64,000 nucleotides of DNA from Stylophora pistillata. Its lineage: Eukaryota. This document shows positions 10,853-25,500 of this stretch, piece by piece; positions within the stretch are counted from its first letter, which is position 1, and the number at the start of each line of letters is the position of its first letter. Below the pieces are notes generated by a model that saw only the letters and a program-made list of their open reading frames with translations, searched no databases and was not told where the DNA came from. The DNA lies in contig NW_019218252.1 of the NCBI RefSeq assembly GCF_002571385.2, positions 4,181 to 68,180 of the forward strand, in the 5' to 3' direction. Both the position numbers and the translations under genes were made by a program.

Positions 10853-13800
10853 ATGAGGAAATTAAACCTCGGAAAGCTACGTTGTTCCACACAGTCAGCC
10901 GCCAGTAGTCAGTCTCTAAGCGGTTCATACGCAAGAAATCAGTCACAGACGACTATTTCCAGTTTTTTCATCACTAAACCTTTGGTGAACAATCCTTGCT
11001 CAAGTGAAACCGGCAGGAAAACAGCTGATGGAAGTAAGCTCACAAAAAGTGCTAAGGTATGCTTGTGGGTAAAACAGCTTTTCATCTGTACAATGGCATT
11101 GTTTTTTTTTAACTGATATTGCACGAAGATTTATAAAAAGCTTATTTGAAGTTTATTTACATCGCGTTCGGGCAATCATACAAAGAACTATTTAACCCAG
11201 CCCTAGGCCTCCGAAGCCCCTTGGCAATTGCCACTTCCGNATTTTCTTCACTGTTTGTTGAACTTGATTATTCTAGAACCTTTGCGTGCAAGTCAGTAGC
11301 AAAGATAAGTAGTTCCCGTGTGTTATCCATGCTACAATGAAGCAATTGTTTTGCCTGTTGGAAGTGGGCTCCTAAATCTACAATCCTTGTAATTTCTCTG
11401 ACACTTCCAGAAACTTCCTTGATAACCTTACATTTGACAAGGGAAAATGAGGCTAATGCAGATTTTGATATATTTTTATCAATTTATTTATATATATTTT
11501 TTTTTAACTATTTGTCAAAACGTTAGAGGTGTGCCAGTGATGTAACTCACAGTGAAGACAAGGACAGTTCAAGCACACAACATTCAAAAAGGCAAAGAAT
11601 CAATCTGGATCTGCATTCCTTAAAGGAATATGTAGTGGAAGATCGTGTCACACTGGATAATAAGGAAGAGCTGAGTTGTTCTACAATGGCTAAATTAAAC
11701 TGCTTTAGGAAAGATTCAAATATCCCTGATTCACATGGTGACAAAAAGCTGAGAAATCTGCGTGTCACAGAAAAACATGGAGACAGAAAAGAGCTGGATA
11801 AAAATCATAACAACATGAGTATTGGTGGAACTAGGGATGATGATGTTGGTGATGGTTTAGAACCAATGGATTTTAATGGCAGTGCACATCAGGAAAACTT
11901 AGACGTCACTAAATTTGCTTGTACATCACATCTATCTGGAAGACCAATTCAGAACATCAAAAATGTAGCAGAAAAGAATGAAACAGAAAGATGTAAACCT
12001 GTAAACTCAAGGACTAAATCCACATATACACCTTTAGAACTTCAGTTTCTTGAAGTAAAATCCAAGTACCTTGATGTTATTTTACTTGTGGAATGTGGAT
12101 ACAGATACAGATTCTTTGGAGAAGATGCTGAGGTATTATATAATAGTTATATAAAAATTGATATACCTTATTCTGGTAAATACCACCATTATCACAGGGA
12201 ATGTAATTGTCTTCATGGCTTTAAACTCAGCCCTCTTTCCAAAAGCATTGTTAGAATGATAATCTATATTTATTATAACATAACCAAAGTGAAGCGCGCG
12301 CTCTGATTGGTCAATGTAGTGTCCCCCATTTGCCCATGGGTGTACGCTGCTGACTTGAGCAAATGCAAAGACTATTTTTCCGTGCNTTTACCAATGTATC
12401 GTTCGACGGCTCTTCAGCGAATATTTCCATCAACTTTCAGTCGAATGTTCATCCCGACGATTCAGCTAACAGCAGTTGCTTTTAGGCTTGGCTAAATCTG
12501 TATATCAATAATGATGATGATGATAATTATATTAATGATAATGACGATGATTATGATATTAATGACAATAACAGACCAAATACTTGCACCAAGTATGGAT
12601 ACTGCTTTCTTGAATTTTGGTTTACAAGTTAGTCCACTTACCCGTTACACAGCACAGTCACACTTCTCTTTTTTTTTTCCATATCTTGACAATCTACAAG
12701 ATCTTTTTCCCTAAAACAATATCTTAATGTGCGTTTTTGGTGGTGCTAACTTGTTCTTTGCACTGTCCTTTTGTTATTGTTCTTGTTTTTTATTGTTGCT
12801 TCTTTTCTTCTTTTTGTGATGTCCAGGACATTTTGCGAACTACGCGTTCCAGTTTTGCGCGTGGGGCCCGTTAAATATTAGTTTAATTTTTGTTTCAGCT
12901 TGCTGCTAAGGAACTGAACATCATGTGCCACTGGGATCACAACTTTAAGACAGCAAGCATTCCTAACCACAGGCTGCATGTTCATGTCAAGAGGTGAGCA
13001 ATTATAGTGGGATATATTATTTGAAAGTTCCTACATCTCTTTCTGGGGTATCATAATGGTTCCCATGCCACACCCTCACACCCATACCCATAGTCCAGAG
13101 AAGCCATTGTGTTGTTTTTAAGGGTGAGACAGGTTTTAATGAAAGGAAACCTCTTGCAATATTCGGATGTACTTGGGAGGGATTAGCAACTTCTCCAGGA
13201 GATGTTGCCCCACATTCTGATTACCACTGCATGTGGCAGATTTAAGAAAAGGTATTTTAAGAATAAGAAATATGGTATATTTTTAACTTGATCTTTGAAA
13301 AAAGAAAGTTGTCACTCATTTACCACAAGAGGAGTACAAAGAAAAAAGGCTTGAAATCTTTGGATATTGGGGTCTATTGCATCTCTAAGCTACCAAAAAA
13401 TTTTGGGTAAATTAGGCCATTTATAAAGTTATAACAAGCACAAAACCAAGGGCAAGCTGGTGAGCCCGTATTTGATCCCTTTAACCTAGCAACTTTCGGG
13501 TATTGTATATGTATAATGAACACCAAATCTTTCCAGATTGGTCAGTAAAGGTTATAAAGTTGGAGTGGTGAAGCAAACAGAGACTGCTGCACTAAAAGCT
13601 GCTGGAGATAACAAGAGTAATCTATTCACAAGAGAACTACAGTCGCTGTATACTAAGACCACACTGGTTGGGGAAGGTATCCTTTGTGTGAGATTGTACA
13701 GAACTGAAATGGGGTGATGGGTGTGGTATGAGGGGTGAGGGGTGAGGGGTGAGGGTGATAGATGAGAGTTAAGGCTTACTTCTCTTTCATAAAAAATACA

Positions 13801-16800
13801 CCTGTAACTCTAATAAACCAAGAGTAGAACTAAAAAATGTACAACAATTGCTTTAATTGGTTTCTTTGGAGCTCATTCCACTTCTTAAATGCATAGCTTG
13901 AAAATTGTTCTTGGTCATTCTTGTTTGTTTGAGGTCAGTTTTTTTTTTTTTTAAGGTATTACTCCTTAATCCCTCACTTTCCACTTGCCTTCCTCAAACC
14001 TTAAATCCTCAATAATTTCCCATCTCTTGGACCCTCATCACTCCTTTGGCAAAACTTTGCCAGAATTAACTCTTGTGATATTTAGTATGCAATTCTAACC
14101 AAACTACAGCTATCTTAGAGTTACTTTCAATTCTATATTGACCTAAATGACACTAAGATATGAAGACTATGGAAGATTTAGATGAAGCAGACTCTGTGGA
14201 GATGGGAAGTGGATATCTTATGTGTCTTGTCGAAGGTGATCCTCAGGATTCCAAAATAAGCAGTGATAGAAAGGTGTTTGGCATAGTGGTAAGTAAATAT
14301 CATAATTGTGAAAGAGTTCCTCAAGGTCATCAAGTCTACCTTAAAGTTAACTTTTAACAAATCCTTGAAAAGTCCACTGATATCCCTAAAGAATTTGTGA
14401 GGTTGCTCTAAGGATCTGTGAGGTTTTTGGATAGATGCAATAGGTCCATTGCAAAGATCTCTGAGGTAGGTCCGTGCCTTTTGGATCCTAGAGGTACTCA
14501 CAAAGATCCTTGAGGAAGATCAAGGATCTTGATAAAGGATACTTGTGGTACTTGCAGAGAAACCATGACTCTATAGAAGATCGTATCTCAGTTTCTCATT
14601 CAGATGTAAAAAAGGATGTACATGTGTTTCTCTTGAATGAATACTTCCAAGATTCTCTGACCCTTAAACTAAGTCAACTAATCACATGGCTCAGTCCTGA
14701 CCAATTTTTGGTTTTAAATTTGATATTCAGGCAGTTCAACCATCCACTGGCAATGTCATATATGATGACTTTCAAGATGGACCAAGCTGTATGGAGCTAG
14801 AAACACATCTTGAACACATTTGCCCTGAAGAATTACTCCTTCCAGAATCTTTGACCATCCAAACAGAAAACTTCATCAAAGATTATGTTACAAGGGTGCA
14901 AAGGTCTGTCCATACTCCATGCATTCAGTGGATGCCTTTGAGACTAGAAAACATTTCCCTCAAACAAAAATTTGTGGGGGAGGGGGAGGGACTGTTTTGG
15001 TGCCAAAAATAATCTGTTTTCAAATTCTTTCATCAGCATTGCACTTGGCAAAATAATGTCATAAAACTTTTTTAAACAGCTCCTGCCTGTGTTTGAGAAG
15101 ATTATTGACTGCAGTATCAGTTCTCCATTAAACTAGACAGTGTGTTTTAATGATTTGATGTGGGGTTTGAGTGTGGTTGGGTGAAAGATAACCCCCACCA
15201 TGTTTCTGGAAAGTGAGAGGTGTGCTGTTAATAGCAGGATTTTTATAAAGAGATGTTGTAGCAGAAGGATAATATATAGAAATGGCAGAACAAATATGAA
15301 CCGCACAATCGCTCGATGTCTGAATTAAAAAAACCTCAGGTCATTCAATTAACAGGGAGAATTCTGGATATTATCCAGAGAATTCTTGGATCTCTCATGC
15401 TACCGTTGAACACCCTGTGATAGACTGAATGATCTTTTCTTTATGTAAATATTTATAAAACAAGCGATTATCTGCCATTCATTGTGGAATTGTTTTTATG
15501 ACTATCCAACTGGATCAACTTTGCCAGCTCTTTAAAGTTATAACTCTGATCTGGTTCTCTCTAGCCCTGCTATGAGCGGTTTTTTGTTAAAAACAAAAAA
15601 ACACTGTTACATATGTTTAAGAGGAAAGTTTAGTTCCTATCAATTTTTAATTAATTCTTCAAAAGTACTGATGGATACAAAAAAGTTAAAAGTGTTTGTT
15701 TGTTACTGTTGTGCAGACCAGAGGACAGTGTAAGGCTTGAAAGAATATCTGATCAACTTTTCGATCATTCCTCTTCTCTGAAATGCATCACTGAATTTTA
15801 TGGGGAACAAAAGCCGGTGAGGAATGAGGAACTCTGCAAAGTTAACATTACCAAAGAATTGCAGTGTAACGAGCAAGAAAACAATTCAGCATTGGAAATA
15901 ATCCTCAAACTTCCCAAATCAGTGCAGACAAGCTTTGCGGCACTTATAAAGTACCTTAAAGACTTCAAGCTTGAAAAAATTCTCAGATTGGCAAGGTACA
16001 GTATGTAAAAGTATTTCCTGATCAATGTATGTGGCAGACTTTATTAAATAGTGTATAACTAATTGATTCATGATTGACTCATTTTAGATTATTATCAATT
16101 ATTTTATTTATTAATTAAATGTGTTTTGTTTGACTTCACAGTAACTTTTCAAGATTTTCTGTAAAGAACAAATTTCTAAAATTGAATGGACAAACTCTGA
16201 GGAACTTGGAAATATTCAAGAATCAGGTATTTTGCTTGACTGACGTTTAGACTTGTCTAGGATGAATGACTTTCTGAATAACTCAACAACTCTAGAAAAA
16301 ACGACTTTAAAGTCGATAACGCGTCCTAAAAATGAAAAATTGTTGTGTTATTCTAAATGTAAATAGGTAGCTCCAGCCCACATGAAAATGCTAAAACTTT
16401 GTCATTTTATATGCAGACAAATGGTGGCGAAAAGTCGTCTTTATTCTGGGTCATTAACCACACAACTACAGCATTTGGGCGAAGGCTTTTAAAGAAATGG
16501 ATTTCTCAACCTCTGCGAGATGCCAGGTTCAGCTTTCTCTTTCCTACTTTGGTATTCAACGATTTTAACTTAGCACGAGGTTTGACCCGACTATTACAGG
16601 GCTGTTGTTAGCAGTCTGCGTAAATCTTTTCCACCCTCGACTACCGTTGTGTTCTATTTCTCTTTTTTGTCTGAATGAGATTGAGGTTATGTGTCACAAA
16701 CAACATATCAATTAGAGAAGGTGTCTCCGCTGAGAAAAATCGATGCATAACAGTGTAAGACTCGAAGAAATCCCTTAAACTGCTAATTTGTTTTCTGTTT

Positions 16801-19491
16801 ACAATAATTGAACATCTTTATATGAACTGTATCTTAACCAGTGAGATCGAGAGGAGACTTGACGCCGTCACAGAGTTGTGTGGTCCTAATAGATCGTGTA
16901 TGGCATCTTTGAAAGGTCTCTTGTCGCAGCTTCCCGACTTAGAGAGAGGATTATGCACCATCTACCATAAAAAGGTCAGTTCAGCAAGAAAAGAAGTTAT
17001 TTATCGGAAGGAGGAAGGAAAAACAAGGATGGAAAGTTACCATCAGGTCTCTCTAAAAATCTGCAGCTGGTTCAGATTTCAACAGTAGAGCTACCTTAAA
17101 ATAAGTTGCGTTGTTTTTGTAAGGCTCTTAATTCATACTCATTAAAGTGGCGCTGTATTTTACGATGCATTAATTTGTTCATTGCCATAGTGAACACCAG
17201 CAGAGTTTGTGCCAATAACCAAAGCTCTGGTGAGGGTTACAAAACACGTGCAGTCAAACTACGAGGTAGCTACAAGCAAATTGGAATCTTCACTTCTGAG
17301 AAACGTTTTCAGTGAGGTATGTAGAATGAAGTTGTATCGATGCAACATTTGTGAAAACACCGTTTTTACTTACTTTGATGCATGGCCAATAAATGACTTT
17401 TTTTATTCTTTCAGGTCCCAAACTATTTGGAGGATGTTGAAGATTTTCTCCGACTGGTTGATGAAAAGGCTGCCAAGTAAATTACATTTCCTAAATAAGA
17501 CTTAAGCGCTTTTGTTTCCGATGCCCAAACGTTTGTACAGCTTAAGTAGTCTTGAAATGAAGAGACCATCGACTTCACGTTCGACTGCCATCTCTGACAG
17601 TGCAATGTTCAACTTACCTCAACATCATTTCTATTTTATTTCCAGAGACGGTGACAAAACCAAGCTGTTTTGTGACCAAACGCAGTTCCCTATGTTAATG
17701 AAATGTAATTTGGTGAGTCAGAGCTCATTTTCTATACATTTTTAAACAGAGCGCAAATTTTTGCATTCCACACACTTGTGTAAACTTTGTACTACGCTAA
17801 ATTTGAAGAGTATTTGTTATTTTCTCCGTGAATCAGGAAATCGAGAAGATTCTGACCGATTTAAGAAATCATCGCTCGGAGTTTAGACAGGTGTTACGAC
17901 ATCCATCTTTGGATTACTGCTGTGTTTCAGGAAACGAGGTATTTTCAATACGTAATTTCTCTTTGCTCGGCTCCAAAACGCGCTCTAACAGTGGTTGGCG
18001 CGCTGAATTCCGGATTGGGAGGTCTTGAATAACCTCCCAACAAGCGCTTTAGACAGTCCTGAGTAAACTGATCACAACGTATACAGGAACTGAGTTACAA
18101 CCAAAGATTTTGCATCGTTTATTTCAGTTCTTAATCGAAGTAAGGAACACGAATATGAAGACAGTGCCTTGCGATTGGATCAAAATAAGCGCGTAAGTCT
18201 TCAGGGCTCGTGAAGCCTTTTCTCCACATTGTGTTATTGATAAAACGTGGCTGTTGATTTTTTACCGATAATTCCTCCTACATAAAGAGATAATGAGTCA
18301 TGTTTTTGGTCAGAAACAGTTTTGGGGTTGCCCGATTGTAGTGTTGCAAGCAACTAACTGCTTAATTTTTAAATAGTTTTTAAAAGAAAACTTCTGCTTC
18401 TGAGACTCCTAACTTTGTCTTTAAACCTTCTCAATTTGTGGCTGAAAAGCTCACATTAGTCTCTCCACCAACCATGTGCGAAATCTCAGTCAAATGGATC
18501 TTAGAGTTACCAACTTGGTCTTTCCTGTTTTTCGGCCCGCGCTTTCGAACTACAAAGTTTTGCTGTGCGACACTCTCATTACAAACGATTTGCGACAAAA
18601 CACAGAGCTCTAATCCAAGCCATTACACAATCCTCCCCAAATGACTTTTGCATCAAGGTAGTGATTTACTGACGTTTAAGTTCCATATTGATCACTTGTG
18701 TCTATGCTTTTTCCAGTACAAAACAGGTGTCCAGATTTAGAACACCATTCGTAGAGGACAAGTTCAAACTTCTTTGCCAGTGGCGGGAACAACTGTCAAT
18801 CTGCTGTCAAGAGGCATGGCTAGAATTTCTAGCGCTGTTCTCAGAAGCGTGTGCCAGATACCGGCGTGCTGTATGTCACATCGCCACACTCGACTGCTTG
18901 TTCTCCTTGGCTACCGTGGCCAGCCAGCGAGGTTTTATCAGGTAGGGCTTGTGATCAAGTTGGAAATATTTTCTATTAAATGTTCAATAAATGGTTGTTC
19001 GCACAATGTGAAGTCACCAGCTATTTAAGAAAATTGTGAATTTTTAAGACAAATCTAAGTCTGCTGTGAGAATTCGAACCCAAGCCCCCAGTTCTGATAA
19101 TGACAGTGATGTGATAATGATCCCGATATTACCAGAATGGTATATGAAAGGGATTTTGGATTTACCATCCTACTGGGATAAAATTCAACAACTTCTCCGC
19201 GAGAAAACAATTTTCATAATGAGTAGTCGTTTTTTATTTATGTGGGAAGTTGTGATAACTTTCAGTGCGAGCTGAGTTTCCGCGCAGATATTCTCTGCCT
19301 TTAGTGCTCTTTGCAAATTGTCTTTGGAAGTAAAATCTTCATACTGATCGATAAACAAAGAATTCTTACATATCCATATTTGGATTTGAATTTATCAGGT
19401 TCTGCTGATAATACATCTCACTCCTTCGCTTCGCGAACTCGGTATGGATATTTTGAAAATACCCAAAAACAGAATTGGATTCTCTCTCTCT

Positions 19492-19554
<63 letters not shown>

Positions 19555-22500
19555 GAGAGATATTCTCAAAACACCCGAAAATAGAATTCGATTTACATCA
19601 AAATGTTTTTTCTTTTGAACGCGGTAAATGAAACAAGGTTTTGTGGTGTAGCTATCGGCAGAAGTCCCCCACTTCAGTTTGTTACTCTGGGGAATGGGGT
19701 TTATATTATGTGAACTTTTATTCTTTTCTGAGCGGAATTGCAATTAAGCTATGCGGACTCTTGAAAGCCACGTGTAAATTATATCCTGACCACCTTTGAA
19801 GTTTGCGATTTGAATGTTGCACACCCGGTAGTTTCCAAGAATATTACGGAATCGAAGTGTAATCATGATAATGGAAGGTGCTTTGCGTAAAATCTCTTGA
19901 CGATCATTGAACTTAAGCGGTTTAAATTTAAATGTTCTGTGAGCCATAGGTTGCTTCACCTATCAGCGTAACATTCTTTAGAATGCTTGATGCTCTGCAC
20001 TTGTCTTCAAAATGGGTACTTCAAGTTAGATGGAATACTGCTTCCTGACATAATAGTTAAACGTCATGTCAGATACCTATTAAAGACTGATCTCTGTGCA
20101 ACAGTTTTTTATTCGGGAACACATTACTTTTGAAGACGTACAATATCCAAATATTTCCAAGACTGAGTCCAAGTCATGAACACCTCTGATTTCGCTGAGG
20201 GACCTCACTTTCCAACTTGTGTTATGAACAAAGTTGTCTGGAGCAACAGCTATTACATAGAGAGGACAAGCTTTGCCATCAGCTCCATAATCCTCCGTGG
20301 TCTCAGCATGCCTGTGACAATTCTTATGAATGCGTTGGTGATCGCGGCAGTGAAGACAACACCCAGATTGCAAACAAATTACAACGTTTTGTTGGCCTGT
20401 TTGGCAGTTACAGATTTGTTGGTGGGATTAATTGTTCAGCCAAGTTTCATTTTCATACAAATTAACGTTCTAAGAGGAATATCACTGGAGGAATTCTGCC
20501 AATACGAGAAAGAGCTTTCCTTTTTCGCTATCATTCCCATTCTCTCATCTTTGTATCTTCTCACCCTTATAAGTTTGGAGCGCTTTGTAGCAATAAAACA
20601 CACTTATCGATACGCCACTATTTGTACTACACGTCGCCTGATAACGGCAGTCGCGATCTCGTGGATCATAGCTATTTTCCCAAGCGTACTTCACTTTCTT
20701 GTCGAAAGTTTACAACCGATAGTCAGAGCTGTGCGCGCATTTTTTTGGATGGTCAACTTTATCGTGATTATATTCTGTCATATTTCTGTTTACTTTGTGT
20801 CCCGTCGACACGAGAGTCGGATCAGATCAGAGCAGGTTTCACAGCAAGCCGCCGCTGACTTTGCAAAGGAGCAAAAAGCTTTGAAGACAACCAGAATTAT
20901 TTTAATGACTTTACTTTTGTGTATTCTCTCTCCTTTCGTGTATAGTTTATTGTTACGGATCTTCTCCAACAGCAGTAGTTATGTTGTAACAGTGATACAT
21001 TTGAGTCATCCTCTCTTGTCAGCGTCTAGTGCGATTAATTCTGCTTGCAACCCGTTCATATACTGCTACAGAAATAGGACATTTCGGGACAAATGCGTTA
21101 GGTTCTTGAAATTTAAATTTGTAAATCAGGAAACTGAAGAGTAGTAACTCTACCTGTGTTTGTCGTGGAAACATCTTTAATTTATTGAACACTGTCCAAA
21201 TGTTTGTTTTTTTTTTTTTTTCATTCTTGAAGAGAGAAGGTTGTTTCCCTCAGTTGGGATGATGGTTTTGGAGGTTTCTTGAACGTTTAAAGTCCCAGTG
21301 AAAAATGTGAACGTATCGGAAAGTAATTCAAGGTTTTCGTAAAAATATTTCTTTTTTTAGTATCTTGACACGAAATAGCTATATTAATGATTTGGACACC
21401 CCAGCTGATTTGTGGAAATACGTGGACGACACATCTTGTTCCGAAATAGTTATTAAGGGCAGTGAGAGCAAACTCCAAGAAGCTGTGGATGACCTTTCCA
21501 GACAAGTGAGTATCGATGGGTTCCAACTGAATGAGGCCAAGTGCAAAGAACTACGAATTGGATTTTCTAACAGCAACCACGAGTTTGAACCCCTAGTCCT
21601 AAACGGCAAAACCCTTGAATTAGTCACCAGTGCCAAATTGCTAAGCGTGCCCATTAGCCACGATTTAAAGTGGAACATGCACACCTCTGAACTAAGTAGA
21701 AAATGCTCATCTCGTCTCTACTTTTTGAGACAACTCAAGACATCCGGAGTTGCACCAAGCGAACTTGTGCAATTCTATGTGACATATATTAGGCCCGTCT
21801 TGGAATACGCATGTCCTATATTCCACCGTTCTCTACCAAACTACATCAGCGAAGATTTGGAACGGATCCAAAGAAGGGCACTCAGAATTATCTATCCTGA
21901 CCTGTCATATAGTGTAGCACTAGAAACAGCTGGCCTACCGAAACTTTACGAGAGGAGAGAAAAGATTTCAACCAATGTATTTGACGAGATAGTCTGTAAC
22001 CCCATCCATAGACTCCACAGCGTCCTCCCCCAAAGGAAGAGATGTAGATACGCACTGAGGCGCAAAAGTGATTTCACTCTCCCCATATGCAAAACCGAAC
22101 GCTTGACGTTTTATTTTTAGCCATATTTATAAGATGTAGATGATTTTCGTTCTTTCTTAATGACGAAGTTGTAATATTTTATACTTCTTTCTTTACCATT
22201 TGCATTTGTAAATATTCCGTAATTCAGCCTATGGCTCCAAGGTGTTTATAATAAAGTATCTATCTATCTATAAAGATATCTTTGTGACCTGACGCGTAAA
22301 ACTGATATGTGTTCTTTTTGGCAGAGACAATCACCAACTATCGGCTCATGAATAAAGTAAAGAGAAACATCTGTTTTCCATTAATTGTGTAGAGATCTGG
22401 GAACCGACACGTTCAATTTTTTGCGACACCAAGTGATATCCTTAATGGAGTTCTCGATACTTAGCAATGTCATTTCCGCAGGTTTGAAAGGCTTCCGATT

Positions 22501-25500
22501 TGTAAAGAAAGGAGCTACCCGACTTTTACTTTGCGCTTCTCTTTCTTTTTGGGATGAAAATTGGAACACCACATTCGGTGAAACACGTTTTCATCTCCGC
22601 GAAAAGTTACTTTGCGATGTGCGACGTTTCTTAGCTTGCGGTAATTCAAACATGGTACGTTAGAAAACTCCTTGAGAATACTTTGCAAAATTCGTTTTGA
22701 CTAATCTTAGAGTGATACTTGTTACGGTGAAGCGTTAACCTAATTTTGATATAATGTCTGCTTGCCGAAAGTTGAAGATACTATAGCTACTAAGCTACAC
22801 TGTAAATTAAATATAAAATAAATTCCTGAATGTGTGGTGACGAAATCCGCACTTCACGAAAAAGAGGTTTTTAAAGTATTAAGCGGTCATCAGAAGCTAC
22901 AAGGTTGGAAACGCTTATTTATGTTATGTTCAATTTAGACCATTTCTTTCATTTGTTTGCAAGGACCTCAATGGAAACTACTGGTTTACCAGTAATTGTG
23001 TAATCCTATAAAAAGACTTTTTATTTATTTATTTTTTTTATCGCATCGACCACGTGGCGACCATAATTGAACTTCTAGTCTTGAATGCGAAGTTGTTCGC
23101 CCCGGAGTCGCCCTTTTGTGTTTGATTTCTCGCTTAGTTCTTTAAAATTCGGTTTTAAATTGATCTTTGGGGCTTTGAAACCCAGTGACATGTTCTAAAA
23201 GCGTTGTTTTAGCGATCAAATACGATGTTATTCGAGATATTTGAAGAAGCGAAAGCGGACACGTAGGGCGATGATATCATCTGTTGTTATGGTAATGCAC
23301 TTTCGGTTACGTTTGTTACGTGCAACATTCGTTGGCGATTTGGCGATCTAATTTAACATCGAATTTCCATTCGATTAATTTTGAGTAACATACGAAATAT
23401 AAACATTGCAAATTTAATACTTTTAGCGAAGGAGAAGTTGAAGATCAGAAGTAATCGAGCGACCTAACGGGCTTGCGCTACTACTTGGCCTGCGTCATTA
23501 CGTTCCTGGGGGCAGAGTGGTGAGTGATATATTTACAACTCAAGCGCCAACTTTTGTGTTTGATTCCTCGCTTAGTTCCTTAAATTCGATTATAGATTGA
23601 TATTTTGGGCTCTAAAACTCAGTGATATGCTCTAAAAGCATGGTTTTAGCGATGGGATGCGATGTCATCCGAGTTATTTGAAGAAGCGAAATCGGACACG
23701 AAGTGCGATATGATAGCTGTTGTTATGGAAATGCATTTTCCGTTACGTGTAATGCACCAATCAATGTCTTGCCCCAACAGGGGGAGCCTGGGCATACCCA
23801 GGGGCTATTGACATTTTTGAAAAAATTGTCAATAAGCCCCTCTGGAGGGCCTTATTAGAATGACAAAAAGCCCCACACAGGGAGGAAAGATACATCGTTA
23901 ATTTATCTAAGGAATACCAGGACACTAAGAGATATATTTCCTCAAGAAAAGTTGAGAAGTATGCCACGATGCCACGAGCGAGACTGTCAAACACAGTTTC
24001 AACTTTAACTTTTTTTCCTATTTATATATACATACATACATACATACATACGTTAGTTGACCACTCCCCATGGGGGCTTTTCAGGGCCAATTCCCACCCA
24101 TCCCACCCCAAGGGAGGACATCCACTACNNNNNNNNNNNTTTTTTTTTTTTTTAAGCTCTTCCAAAAATGGTATCGAACGTTCCGTGGGAAAAAATTTAT
24201 TTGCCTCAATGTAAGTAACAGCATTGGGCCATTAATACGAGGAAACAAGTCTTCATAAGTCGCAAAGGTACCGCAGAAGCAGAGGCACATCATGTGTCTT
24301 CGTTTCTGCGGCAAGTGTCAGCCTCTTAAAGCCGCAGCTTATGTGAGCCTCACTGTATTTCCTTTGCATTCTGGCCTTTGTTTAAGATTGAGTTGCTATG
24401 TATTTCCGAAATTATATGTTATTTGTTTTTAAGCTCTTTGCGGATAGTTTGCGGAACCCGTGTTTTACCTCCTTGCTTATAAAAAAAAAAACACCGCCGA
24501 AGTTCTTTGATTCTTTTTGCTTTTTCCGAAAGTAATCTAAAGGGATTTTCAAGTCAGGGAAACTCTAAATATCCTTCTCAAAAAGAGTTTCTGTACAAAA
24601 GAATACATACTGAAATGTGGAAAAAAAAAATATCAATACTGCGATTCAGTTTTAGTCATAAACATCACAGACTCAGTGGAAGAGATTTCAGTCGGGTCAT
24701 GTTCTATGAACAAATTTGTTTGAAGCAACAGTTATGAAGGAGAGAGGACAAGGATGGCTATGATTTCGATCGTCATCAATGGTCTTAGCATGCCTGTGAC
24801 AATTCTTATGAATGCGATGGTGATCGCGACAGTGAAGACAACACCCAGGTTACAAACGATTTCTAATGTTCTGTTGGCTTGTTCGGCAAAGTACAGATCT
24901 GTCGGTAGGAACTGTTGTCCAACCGAGTTTCATCGCTGCACAAATTAATGTTATAAAAGGCATATCCCTTAAAGATTACTGCTAACACGAAGAGGTTTTT
25001 TTCTTGATCGTCATTCTTCCTGTGTTCTCTTCTTTGTATCATCTCGCCCTTATAAGAGTAGAGCGTTTTGTAGCGATATAACACACCTTTTGTTACAACA
25101 CTCTCGTTACTACGCGACACTTGACAACAGCAGTCGTGATCTCATGGGTCTTGGCTTCTTTGCCAGCCCCACTTCACTTTCTTGTCGATGGAGTTGAGCG
25201 TACGATCACCTTAGTTCGTGCCTCGTTCACATTTATCAACGTTTCTGTGATGATTTACTGTCGTATTTCTGTTTACTTTGTGTCCCGTCGACACGAGAAT
25301 CGGATCAGATCTGAGCAAATTTCACCGCAGGCTGCTGCTGACTTTGGAAAGCCGGAGAAGAAGGCTTTGAAGACCGCCAGAATTATTATGACTACTTTAC
25401 TTTTGTGTTTAATACCTCTTTTAGTGTATATGTTGTAGTTCAATTTTATCCTTGGTTCAAATTTTATTTTCCTTTGTTTCAAACTCATTATTATACATTA

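Noticed and set aside
13963-13970. Strong U12 branch-like TCCTTAAT inside MSH3 intron 4
   Set aside because: It is about 190 nt from the frame-preserving acceptor with no open exon after it; probably chance.
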